From Naegleria gruberi (Eukaryota), in assembly GCA_000004985.1 (NCBI GenBank), contig GG738874.1: DNA of 64,000 nucleotides. One strand, written 5' to 3'. Both the position numbers and the translations under genes were made by a program. The notes beneath the pieces are model-generated. The model was given only the letters and a program-made list of their open reading frames with translations, made no database searches and was not told the DNA's origin. Shown in pieces: positions 40,199-50,941 of this stretch. Numbering within the stretch: position 1 is the first letter of the stretch; every line of letters begins with the position of its first letter.

Positions 40199-42364
40199 TT
40201 AATATTTGACAACAACCTTTTGTTGGTTGGCTGGGTTGATTGAATCCTTTTGCTGTTTCATTTGTTCGGATTTGAAAGTTGTCTTTAAGGTCTTCTTCAT
40301 TTCTCTCTTTTGTTGTTTTAATTCTTTCATCTTTTGCTTTCTTTCCTTCTTTTCTTCTTTGGTTTCTCCCTTCTTTCTTGCTTCACCAAGGTTTTGAACT
40401 TCTTCAAAATCATCTTCATCAATTTCTTCTTCATTAAGGTCAACCTGTTGTTTACCAACAACGCCAATTGGCATACCTGACTTTTCTGAGAGAACAATCT
40501 TTTTCTTTCTTCCAGGTCTGTCATCAATAATTGAAGGATGGTTATAAATGTTCGAATAGCTTGTTAAAATAGTTTCACAATCCCATCTATTATCTTTTTC
40601 AGGTATCGTTATTACTTCAGTTTCACCCTTTGATTCGTCCTTTTCTTGTCTATCGAGTTGTCTAAGAGCCATCTTTAATCGTTCTTCCTTTGGCAATTCA
40701 TTCAATTTTTCTAAATCTTCTCTACGATAAACCTTCATATCTGATGGGAGATTAGCTTCAATTTCTCTTAATTCTTCATCTGTTATTTCATTACTTCTCT
40801 TGAATTCACCAGCTCCAAACTTTCTTCTTTGTTCTGTAAAGAAATCTTCCAATAAATCATTCATCTTCTTTGGATCGTATTCAGTTCCTTCCCTAAGTTT
40901 TTGATTATCATCGTCGAGTTCACCAATTTGATCGTCAGAATAAGCATTCTTATAGAATGATTCAAAATCTTGATCGAATTGTTTTCTATTTTCTGATACA
41001 GTATATGCATGATCTTCTTTGTCATCCTCTTCTTCTTCGTCACCTTCCTCATCTACATCTTCCCAATCTCCACCATCTTCGCCATCATCATCTTCCCAGT
41101 CTTCATCATCGTCATCTCCTTCTTCATCCACAAAAGTAACCTTCTTTTGTGAAGTTGTTTTTGATGATTTTGTTGTGGCAGGTGTAGCTTTCGATTTTGT
41201 TGTTGGTGCTGATGGTTTTGTGGCAACAGCAGTTTTACCTCCCTTCTTCTTTTTAGCTTCCTCTTCCTCAATTAATAATAATTCCTCACGTGGTAAGAAC
41301 TTCTTTAATAAATCCAATGGAAGTTCTGCATCGTTATCAAATTGATAAACTTTAGCTCCATCCACATCCTCATACATATCATCATCTTCTTCGGCTTGTT
41401 CCTTCAAATCTTGAACAAGTTCTCCAAAGAAATCATCATAATCATCACCATACTTTTCCAAAGGATCATCCTTTTTACCTTCTGTTTCATCCTCTTCTGG
41501 TTTATCTTCTTCTTCCAACAATGTTTCAATTTCTCTATCAAGTTTACCAGAACCATACTTATCTAAACCGTAGGCTTTAAAATCGGTTTTCAATTTAAAT
41601 GGTTCATCCATAGCTTTCTTCTTTTGTTCCTCTTCTTCTTCAAGATCAATTTCTTCAGCATCTGCACCTTTACGAGAAATAAGTTCTTCCAATGTTGGTT
41701 TTTGTTTTTCTGATGATTTTGTTGTTGTTGTTTGAGATGTTACTACAGGTTTAGTTGGCTTCTTAACTGGTTCTTCCTCTTCCCCATCATCATCTTCATA
41801 ATCCTCATCATCATCAACATCTTCATAGTCTCCGTCATCGTCTTCATCAGAAAAAACAGGTTCTTCTGCTTGACTTTCAGAATAAAGAAGTGTGGATGGT
41901 TGTAACGAATTTTGGCCAAAAGCACTCATATAAGTACCACCACCAATATTTCGGATATGTTTTGAATAATCGTAGCCATCATCAGGGAAGAGAAAACCAA
42001 CAGTTTTACGTTGCTTTTCCTTTTTCATGTCTTCGGTTTCTTCATCACCAATTTCATCTTCATCTTCGTCGTCATAGTCACCATCTTCATCATCTTCGTC
42101 ATCTTCATCATTCATATCAATCATTTGTTGAAGACCGTACATAACTTTTGGTTCCTCTTCATCTTCTTCCTCCTCTTCAATAGCATCTCCAAGTGTTTGT
42201 TTAATTTGTTCATATGTTTCCTTTGCTTTTTCACTTTGTTCTTCCAAGTTAGTTGGTACCCAGACTGTGGTTTTACCATCGTTACCTCCTTGGAACAATC
42301 TGAAGGTGATACTATTCTTCTTGTCGATCTTTTTAGACTTTGGTGGCATTTTTTTGAAGTTCAA
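40199..42364 (-). CDS. LTV1: ribosome biogenesis factor LTV1 homolog, expanded by long acidic (D/E-rich) insertions (721 aa)
   Basis: The N-terminus MPPKSKKIDKKNSITFRLFQ matches the LTV1 start (MPKKKFIDKKNSQTFRLVHRSQRD). The C-terminal motif DNRWDCETILTSYSNIYNHPSII matches LTV1 (NRWDCESILSTYSNLYNHP). The middle is poly-D/E low complexity, which explains the antisense ORF artefacts. Confidence 0.7.
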   Translation of the reverse strand: MNFKKMPPKSKKIDKKNSITFRLFQGGNDGKTTVWVPTNLEEQSEKAKETYEQIKQTLGDAIEEEEEDEEEPKVMYGLQQMIDMNDEDDEDDEDGDYDDEDEDEIGDEETEDMKKEKQRKTVGFLFPDDGYDYSKHIRNIGGGTYMSAFGQNSLQPSTLLYSESQAEEPVFSDEDDDGDYEDVDDDEDYEDDDGEEEEPVKKPTKPVVTSQTTTTKSSEKQKPTLEELISRKGADAEEIDLEEEEEQKKKAMDEPFKLKTDFKAYGLDKYGSGKLDREIETLLEEEDKPEEDETEGKKDDPLEKYGDDYDDFFGELVQDLKEQAEEDDDMYEDVDGAKVYQFDNDAELPLDLLKKFLPREELLLIEEEEAKKKKGGKTAVATKPSAPTTKSKATPATTKSSKTTSQKKVTFVDEEGDDDDEDWEDDDGEDGGDWEDVDEEGDEEEEDDKEDHAYTVSENRKQFDQDFESFYKNAYSDDQIGELDDDNQKLREGTEYDPKKMNDLLEDFFTEQRRKFGAGEFKRSNEITDEELREIEANLPSDMKVYRREDLEKLNELPKEERLKMALRQLDRQEKDESKGETEVITIPEKDNRWDCETILTSYSNIYNHPSIIDDRPGRKKKIVLSEKSGMPIGVVGKQQVDLNEEEIDEDDFEEVQNLGEARKKGETKEEKKERKQKMKELKQQKREMKKTLKTTFKSEQMKQQKDSINPANQQKVVVKY

Positions 42365-42485
42365 TTTTTAAATGTAAAATTAACTCACATAAGAGAATTG
42401 ACTATTGCATTTCTCAATTATTAAACAAAAAGAAAATGTTTAAAGTATTATTATTAATAAACAAATAAATAAGAGATTGGTTTTT

Positions 42486-45400
42486 TTACTTTTCTTCTGT
42501 CATGACAGTTTCATCTTGCTTGGAATCTTCAGAGGATGATTGTTGGTTCTTTTCCTTATTGAGATTTGGTCGTCTGAATCTTGATGATTTAGATTGATTG
42601 GCTGATTCCTCTTCCCTATCATTCGATTCCTCTTCATCAGTTTTAACTTTCTTATTTGGCCTTTCAATATCTGTACTCGATGGTGTAACAGCTTGATTAT
42701 CTTCGGAATTTTCGTTTTCATCATTCTTAAATTCGTCAATTGAACGTTTTCCTGTGAATTTTTCATCTTCTTGAGAACTTGATTGAGCAGGAGTAGTATT
42801 TACATTAGAAGTGGTAGCAGTAGGATTTACAGTTGTTGATTCAGAGGTAGAAGGTGAGGCTGAGGATGAAGCAACAGGTGGAGTTACAACAGGTTTGATT
42901 TGAAGTAAGAGTTGTGCACGAAGACTTTCCTTCACCTTTTCAGCAGCACTCTTCTTTTCTTCATCCTTTTTACGAAGCTCTTCCTTCTTTCGTTCCTCTT
43001 CTTTCTTACGAGCCTCTTCTTCTCTCTTTCGTTCTTCCTCCTTCTTTCGTTCTTCTTCCCTTCTTGTGGCTTCCTCCTTCTTTCGTTCTTCCTCCTTTTT
43101 ACGCTCCTCTTCTTTCTTTCTTTCTTCTTCCTTCTTTCGTTCTTCTTCTTTCTTTCTTTCTTCCTCTTTCTTTTTTTCTTCTTCATCATCTTGTTTTATG
43201 GATTCTTCCTTAGGTGGTTCATCTCTAGTGCTTGGAGAAACACTTTGCTCACCAACAGATTCAGTATTCTTAAGTTTTTCTTCCAATGCCGATTTTTCAT
43301 TCTTTAATGTTTCAATCTTGGCCTTTTGATTACGAAGAATATCCATCATCTTGTCTTTCTTTTCCAATAATTGAGTCTTTTCCTTTTCTAGCTCTGAATG
43401 TTCGGATGACAATTTTGAAAATTTAGACTCTGACTCAGAGTTCTTAGTTTCCAAAGAATTAATCTTTGTCTTGAAAGTGGAAATTTGAATGTTGAGATTT
43501 TGAATATCAATCTTAAGCTGTTTAACCTTTTGAACTTCTGTATTGTACAACTCTTCCTTTTCTTTGACAGATTCTTCAAGAGATGACTTTTCTTTCACCA
43601 ATCTATCATGAACCTCTGGGTCAATTTGCTTGAATTTTTCAACCAAGTGTTGAGCCTTATTTTGATACTTGATAACATCTTCTCTAAGAGTAGATATTTC
43701 CTCTTCCCTCATTTCCTTTTCCTTCCTAAGTTCAATGATAGTTTGATTCATTGGAGCCATTTGCTTTCTAACATCAGTGAGATCTTCTCTTGTTTGATTC
43801 AACATTCTGTTGAGTTGATCATTTTGCTGTCTTAATGAAATATTACTTTCCTTAAAGACTTGGACTTGCTCTTGAAGATCGGCAATTTGTTGTCCAGTAC
43901 GATCTTGCTCTTTGGTATGATTTTGGGCCTTTTCTCTTTCAGTTGATAGCTCTGCTTGGGCATTTGCAAGTTCCTTATAGGCATGCTCTAACTTTTGTTT
44001 AGTATTTTTGAGCTCTTGTTCTGAAATAGCGAGTTTAGATCTTAACATTTCCTTCTCCCTTCTTATGAAAGAAATTGTTTCTTGGAGGCCTAGTACTTCT
44101 TGTGCATTCTCGTGAGAAACATTGTCAGATGAAGATGGAATTGTATTATCTTGCACCTTCTTGAGTTGAATATTTAAAGTTTCAACTCTAGAGAAGGAAA
44201 TTTCCAATTGTCTTTCTAAGTCCTTAACTCTTTGCTCAATTTCGTCTTTTTGTTTGATCAAATCTTCGTTTTGAGTTGTGAGAAGTCCAACTTTTCTCTC
44301 TGTTTCAGTTTCTTGATTTTTAACTGTGTGGTTAGCAGTTTCGAGTGATGCTTGAAGATTTTTAATCTCCTCTTTCTTCTCTTTCAATACTTCGACAGTG
44401 GCAGCATGTCTCATGAGTTCTTGTTCATAATTTTCTTGGGAATCTTTCCAGAGTTGAGTGTGTCTTCTCAAATCTTCTTTCAAAACTTCGATTCTCTTTT
44501 CATAAGTTTCAGCATTAGTCTTATTTTCGTGACCAGTATTTTCGAGAAGTTGCTTTTCCTTCTTATTTTGTTCAATAGATTCATTAAGATCGTGCTTCAA
44601 CTTTTCAATATCATCTTCTCTTTGTTTGAGAGTATGTCTAAGTGAGTCGATTTCTTGCTTGAGATTGGAAATTTCTGATATAAGAGTTTGAGCCTTGGAT
44701 TCAGTTGAATGCTTGAATTTGTCATAAGTTTCTGTCATCTCCTTCAGAGATTGTTCGTTGCTTTCAGCAAGTTCCTTCATTGTTTGAACTTTGGATTTTT
44801 CGTTTTCAAGAGAATCCTTGAGATACTCGTTTTCGTTTTGAAGCTTTGTGAATTGTAATTGAAGCTCAGAAATATCTGTAGAGGCAGTTTCAACGGTAGA
44901 TAAACCTATCATCTTCTTTTCCAAAATCTTGTTTAATCTATCTTCAGCTGCATTCAACTTTTGTTGAAGATTAGTACACTTTTCCATTTCGAATTCATAA
45001 TTAGTTCTCAATCTAGTGACTTCATCCTTCAGCTTTTGTAATTCAGAAATCTTCTTTTCTAACTTTTCATTGCTTTCTTGCTCTTGCAATTCAAGTTGAA
45101 CTCTGAGTTCTTTAGAAAGTACTCTTTCATCATCAAGAGTATGTTTAAGTTGGCTAATTTCTGATTTAGCTGATTCAAGCTCTTGTTGAGTTCTCTTTCT
45201 ATCATTGTCGTCCTTTTGCTCAAGACCTACTTGGATCTTTTGTAAACTAGAATAGAATTCATCGCTTCTTTGCAGTTGTACTTTCAATCCTTCAATTTCA
45301 GAATTCAATCTCTCGGTTCTTTGCTCGTGATATAATTTTTCAGATCTAAGTTGGATAATTTCTCTTTCCAAGTTTCTTATTTGATCATCCTTTGCTTCAT

Positions 45401-47590
45401 ACAAAACTCTTTGCTTATCCATACTATTTTGAAGTGAAGAAATTGTTTTTGTCAGAGAATCATTAATATCTCTAACTCTATTCAACTCTTTCATACTATA
45501 ATCCCTTTCCATAGAAGTGCTTTGATTACTTTCCTTTAAAAATTCAACTTCAGAAGTTAAACGAGCAACACTAGAGTGGAGAGTTGTGATCTTATCATTC
45601 TTGAAAGCAATTTCATCTTGGAGAGCCTTCTTCTCTCTAGCAACTTCTTGTTGAAGCTCTCTAAAGTCTTTCAAGTTCATGAATTCTCTGTTTACATCTT
45701 GTGAAGCATTGGAAGATTTTTGGACAGGTTCTGGAGTTGAAGAGGATGTTGCACTCTTTTCTTCCAACAGTGATTTAAGAATATCTCTTTGTTTGATAAG
45801 AGCTTGAGTTTTTTCTTCTTGGCGTTTGCTTTCTCGTTTTAATTCCTCAACCTGTTTGAGAGCTTCAAGAATCTTTTCTTGGAAGTCTGCTGCCAATAGT
45901 TCTTGGGCATTCTTGGCTTCTTCTTCTTTTCTTGTGGCAAGATCTCTTATTGTGCCAAGGAGTTCTACATTTCTCTTTTGCAATTCATCAATATTATCAA
46001 AAGGTACTAATCTTTGAGTAATTACAGCATTAGCATCCATGTGAGAAGCAGATTCAACACTATAGTGATTTTCTCTCAATAAAGTTCTTACTTGTACAGA
46101 TAAATCTTCAGTAACTTTTTGAGCAGTAGTGAGAGACTTTTTAAGTTTATCCCTTTCGTTTCTAATGTCTATTAATTCGTCCTTCATAGATTGACATGTT
46201 TGAATGAGTTCTTGCTTTTGTTTTGTTAAAATAGTATATGAAGATCTAAGTTGTTCGTATTCCTCTCTCTGAGCTTGCATTATTGGAGCCTTTTCTTCTA
46301 AATCCTTTAATATTCCAGAAAGCACTTCATTTAATCTCTTGTTTTCATTTCTGGACTTTAGTAATTCATCACTAGTTTTTACAAACTTGGTGTAAATATC
46401 ACTAGGGCTAATACCTTGGTTAACTAGGGTTGATGCACGAAGTTGGGCATTTTGCTCCAAGTCGCGATTATGCTTGTTAATTTGTTCTTCCAATTGACGG
46501 ATTTTATCCTTTGATTGTCTTAGTTCTTGAGATATTTCTTCTCTTTCAGTTTCAAAGGTTTGATCCATTCTTTGTTTAGAATCCTTAAGTGTGGAAAGTT
46601 GTTTTTCAAGCTCTTTGATTTTATCTTCCAAATCCTCATGTCTATTTTTGTATAAATCGGATAACCTCTTTTCATTAGAAAGTTCCTCTTTTAACCTATC
46701 AATTTCTTCAAGGTGATTATTCTTACACTCTCTAATCTCGGTTATCTTTTGTTGGTACTTTTGTTGATATTCCTTGTTTGATTGTTCCAAAGAATTCAAT
46801 TTCTCAGTTAAACTAGTTATAGTTTCACTGTCTTTTGTTGCTTGTATTTGGAGGTCATTCAATTGAAGGATGTAATCCGATTTAAGCTTTGTATTTTGTT
46901 CTTGTTTTGATGAAAGCTCCGAGTTAAACCATTGATTTTGCTTTTCTAATGATTCCTTCTCTTGTTGTAGCTTCTCAATAGTAAACTTGAGAGGTAACAA
47001 AGATGAAGAAGTTTCTTGAAGCTTTTCCTCTAGTTCCTTTTTAGATTTAAAATGTTCAGTAATTTTTTGGTTAAGTGACTCGATATGTGCTGTATAGAAT
47101 ATACCAATCAATTAACTATTTAACATACAATTTAGATCATCAACTTCTTTAGTTTTCTTTTCTAATAGTGATGTTAATCTAGATTTTTCAATCTTTAGAT
47201 CTTCATTCTGGGTATTAGCTTGGTCCAACTCCATCCTTTGCTCGTGCCACCTCTTTTCCGCATCTTTAATTTGTTTTGTAAGATGGTCCAATTGTTCCTG
47301 GTAACTTTTGTTTTCGCTCTTGAAATGTTCAATCCTTTCCTTGAGAAGCTGACTATCTTCAAGTTTAGAATTTTCTTGTTGCTCAAATTTGTTCATCAGA
47401 GACTCGTTGGCGAGTCTGATTGTTTTAATTTCCTCTCTACATTCCAAAAGTTCATCGTCCTTTTTAGAAATATATTCTTGGGCCTTTTTAATAATTTCAA
47501 GAGGATTATTGCCGATTTGCTCTAGCTCCTCAGCTGTGAGAAAAGAAAGTTTGGATACTTCATCAGCAAGCGAGCGATCAACTATCGACA
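42486..47590 (-). CDS. TPR: nuclear-pore basket protein TPR/Mlp1-like giant coiled-coil protein (about 1700 aa), 2 exons joined by a 39-nt intron (47090–47128)
   Basis: Segments match human TPR: KAPIMQAQREEYEQLRSSYTILTKQKQEL vs [28 protein letters not shown], and ISFIRREKEMLRSKLAISEQEL vs [22 protein letters not shown]. The N-terminal exon (47129–47590, MSIVDRSLADE…) is joined through CTAAATT|GTATGT…TATACAG|CACAT, which restores the frame. The C-terminus is an (KKEEER)n tract followed by an S/T-rich and acidic tail. Confidence 0.75.
42955..43190 (-). repeat. coding tandem repeat (about 15-nt unit, about 14 copies) encoding an (E-E-R-K-K)n / ER-K-rich single-alpha-helix-like tract in the TPR-like protein
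   Basis: The plus strand shows a reiterated ttcttcc(t)tctttcg unit. The protein reads KKEEERKKEEERKKEEERKKEEERKKEEERKKEEATRREEERKKEEERKREEEARKKEEERKKEELRKKDEEKK. Confidence 0.75.
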
Positions 47591-48427
47591 TTTTTTTAAT
47601 GTGTTGTAAGATGATGAAGAATATTCTCATACAAGCATGGTACAAGTAATACAATCACATTGGATTGCCTATTATCATCAAATTGATTCTATCATTTTCA
47701 TTATTGAAGACGAAGGAAGTATTCATAACTGCCAGGAGGTCAAAGTTTTGCAACAACAACAACAAGACGAAACAGTCATGCTGATGTTAAAAATAACAAG
47801 ACAAACAAAAACAATCCGATTTTATTTAAAAAAATTTAGAAATAATTTTTCAATTTTTAATCAAATTTGGCTTTTCCGATATCATATTCCTTTCTCGTCC
47901 TCAATAAATTCAAGTCTTACCAGCAAGGAAAACTAGATTTTTCTTAAAAATCCAACCAAGAACCCAACTTTACTCAACAGTCATACTCGTTTGTTCATTT
48001 CAAGTTTATAATCTCTCCTGCAATTTGGTAGCAAAAACTCATTTTTGAAAAAAGCAGTTTACGCTCAAGCAAAACAACTATCATCAAGATTTAGCTTGAA
48101 AGCGTTCAAACAGCAAGCAAAACAATCATCTTCACCAAACAAACGGAAGAACCAGATTCCGCAACGCACCAAGTAGTAGATTATCAACCATTCTATTTGG
48201 ACTGTATTATAGTAGTAATAATAGTAGTAGTGGTGATTAATCATTGTTTTTCAAGTCTGTCTTGCTTTTTGAAATAATTTAAAGAGAATATTGTTAGCAG
48301 AAGGAATTTAAATATTGGGGAATCTGTATATACAAGATAATTGTACAATTAATTGATGAATCATCATTAGCCTTTGTAAATCTTCCAAACAATTTGTTTG
48401 TAAATTAATAATTATTAATCAATCATC

Positions 48428-50908
48428 ATGAAATCACAAAAAACCATTAGTATTCCCACTCCAACTCCAAAACGATCATCAAGAAATACCTCATCCGATG
48501 ATGACGATGATGATGATTCGGATTCATTGACTTTTAGTAGAAATCGTAATTATGGACCAACATCATCCTCACTCAACTCTTCCCTTTTCAAAAACACCTT
48601 ACTCAATAATAGAGAAGCCTATCAAAAACACAAATTACCTTCCCTTACCACCACAACAGCTCCCTCTCTTCCCAAAACACAACAAAAAACCACCAGATCT
48701 GCCTCAATAACAACCAACAATAGAAAACCATCTCCTTCCCTTCTTCAACCTCCTATTTCTTCGAGTTTGCTCACTCCAAACTTTCTAAGCAATACCAATA
48801 ATTTAAAAGACAGCGAGAAGTTATTACTTGATTTTGTTCAAGTATATGAAAAACAACAATCTCTCAAAAGTGCAAGTAGTGCCTCTAATTCATCAGATAA
48901 ATTGAGTGATGATGAAGATCCTTATTTAATTCTTTCTTCATCATTCAATCAAGGTGGATGGGAACACAGCTATTCAAAATTAGAAGAAGAAATATTAGAA
49001 AGTCCAACAATTACTGATCCAGGAAATTATAGTCAGAGCTTTCATTCAATTTCTGAAATTTCTAAAAACAAGCAAAATAAGAGAAATTGGTTCAGATTCA
49101 TGAAAATGGAAGGTGATTCACTTGAAGATTGTTCTGATGATGAATCATCTGCTCCACAAGTTGACAAAAAGGAGATTCTTCTTTTATTCTTGCTTCAACA
49201 TGCTGCCAATCAGTTAAATCCTGATATGGGATTCTTTGTATCATTATGTAAACATTTGACACATCTAGGATACTTTTCAAATAGAATGACAGACGAATCA
49301 TTCATCAAAACTCTATGTAAAGATTTCATGGAAGATATTACAAACATTTTCCCAGTATCAGCACTTGAGGTAGAAGAAACTAATAGAGGCATAGTTAGAT
49401 CAGAAAGTTATTCTTCCTATCTATCTGATATTCCTCATTCTCCAGGTGCAAATAGAGAGTTCTTTGGAGCTCTTGAAAGCTCACCAGTTATTGATTCCAT
49501 GTTTTATAATGCAAAGAGATTAGAATCTGATTATCATCATTTTCAAAAACTTGGAAAGGAGAAACCATACTCTTCTGTAATTAAAGCCATCCATAAGATA
49601 GATGGAAGAGCCTATGCCATCAAGAAGGTTAAATTTCACTTTTCAAATACTTTTGAGCTGGAACATGTGTATTCATATGTTGTAAATGAGATCAAAAATC
49701 TTGCTAAATTAGATAACGAGAATATTATTAGATATAACTCTGCTTGGTTCGAACCTTATAGAGACAACTCTTTACCATCACCCAGTGAGAAGAATTTATC
49801 ATGTTCTCATCCAGAATGTGGTTCTCCAATATGGAGTGATTCATATGTAAATAGTCTTAATATAGAAAATGACTTGAAAAATGAAAGTTTGGAATCCAAG
49901 GGTAAGAAGACGGATGTCGAGTTTGAGTTTACTCCAAAGAGAAAACCAGATATACCACCATCTCCTCCTCCTTCAATGTCCTACTTTGAATTTGCTCTCA
50001 AGAGAGGAAAAGAAACCTCAAAAAGAAAGAGTGAAAGTATTGATAGTACTACACGAGATATAACATCTAATGTAAAGTCAATGCTTCACGAAATGTTCAA
50101 TGTGAATAATCACTTTGAAATGGTACTTTATATTGTTATGCAACTTTGTGAAGGAACAACTCTTGAGAATTGGCTATTGCAGTCAGAAAAGAAAAAGAAT
50201 AGAAAGACCAACCTTATTGACATTTTGAAAATATTCAAAAGAATTGTCAAGGGAGTCTGTCACATTCACGAAAGAGGTCTTGTTCATAATAATTTGAAAC
50301 CAAACAATATCTTTGTAGCTTCAAATCATAGAATCAAAATTGCTGACTTTGGTGTTGCCAAATACTTACAGGAATGCTTGCTTAACCACAAGAAATGTAA
50401 GAACAAAGAATCTTCACCAAATAGAAAGAGATCTCATACATTTAGCGAGCAAGGATCTCTTTATGCCAGTCCAGAACAAATCTTCAATCAAAAATTTGAT
50501 CAAAAGGGAGATATTTATTCATTGGGAGTTATACTTTTTGAGTTGATATCTCCTCCATTTGTAACTACTACAGAGCGAGTTCATGTTCTTTCACAACTTA
50601 GAAAACGAGAAATATCAGAAGAAATGCTCAAATCTTTCCCAAGAGAAATTGAGATAATTAAGCAATGTTTAGACAAACCTAACAATAGGCCAACTGCTCC
50701 TGAACTCCTTCAGAAGGTAACAAGATTGATCAAAGCTTACAAGATTGAAGGTAGATTCTCCTCCTCGGGAGTATTTAAACACACAAATTCTAGCAGTAAT
50801 TTGCACTTTCCTTCTTTTGATACCATACGAGAAAAGAACAAAATTATTGAAGAGCAACAACGACAAATTGAGTTACTGAAAGAACAATTAAGAAAACAAC
50901 AACAATAA
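48428..50908 (+). CDS. eIF2-alpha kinase family (HRI/GCN2-like) kinase-domain homolog with catalytic-loop HRD to HNN substitution and degenerate Gly-loop (predicted pseudokinase), plus long S/T/D-rich N-terminal region
   Basis: 826 aa. The kinase core is LGKEKPYSSVIKAIHKIDGRAYAIKKV…(long insert)…MVLYIVMQLCEGTTLENWL…GLVHNNLKPNNIFVASNHRIKIADFGVAKYL…LYASPEQIFNQKFDQKGDIYSLGVILFELISPPF…ERVHVLSQLRKREI…FP. The insert and the ASPEQ, LGV and ERxxVLxxLR motifs are characteristic of eIF2AK (HRI) kinases. Confidence 0.65.
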   Translation: MKSQKTISIPTPTPKRSSRNTSSDDDDDDDSDSLTFSRNRNYGPTSSSLNSSLFKNTLLNNREAYQKHKLPSLTTTTAPSLPKTQQKTTRSASITTNNRKPSPSLLQPPISSSLLTPNFLSNTNNLKDSEKLLLDFVQVYEKQQSLKSASSASNSSDKLSDDEDPYLILSSSFNQGGWEHSYSKLEEEILESPTITDPGNYSQSFHSISEISKNKQNKRNWFRFMKMEGDSLEDCSDDESSAPQVDKKEILLLFLLQHAANQLNPDMGFFVSLCKHLTHLGYFSNRMTDESFIKTLCKDFMEDITNIFPVSALEVEETNRGIVRSESYSSYLSDIPHSPGANREFFGALESSPVIDSMFYNAKRLESDYHHFQKLGKEKPYSSVIKAIHKIDGRAYAIKKVKFHFSNTFELEHVYSYVVNEIKNLAKLDNENIIRYNSAWFEPYRDNSLPSPSEKNLSCSHPECGSPIWSDSYVNSLNIENDLKNESLESKGKKTDVEFEFTPKRKPDIPPSPPPSMSYFEFALKRGKETSKRKSESIDSTTRDITSNVKSMLHEMFNVNNHFEMVLYIVMQLCEGTTLENWLLQSEKKKNRKTNLIDILKIFKRIVKGVCHIHERGLVHNNLKPNNIFVASNHRIKIADFGVAKYLQECLLNHKKCKNKESSPNRKRSHTFSEQGSLYASPEQIFNQKFDQKGDIYSLGVILFELISPPFVTTTERVHVLSQLRKREISEEMLKSFPREIEIIKQCLDKPNNRPTAPELLQKVTRLIKAYKIEGRFSSSGVFKHTNSSSNLHFPSFDTIREKNKIIEEQQRQIELLKEQLRKQQQ

Positions 50909-50941
50909 TAATACAGGTCATTATTTTAATGGTAAACAAGT

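Noticed and set aside
40206-43329. Multiple short ORFs on both strands overlapping the LTV1 acidic tract and the TPR ER/K repeat (e.g. 40957..41139, 41019..41345, 41053..41271, 42912..43307, 42932..43189, 43066..43329)
   Set aside because: They are frame artefacts of GA/TC-rich coding repeats such as poly-Ser/Pro/Leu/His or poly-Lys/Arg. They have no independent start context and are nested in well-supported genes.
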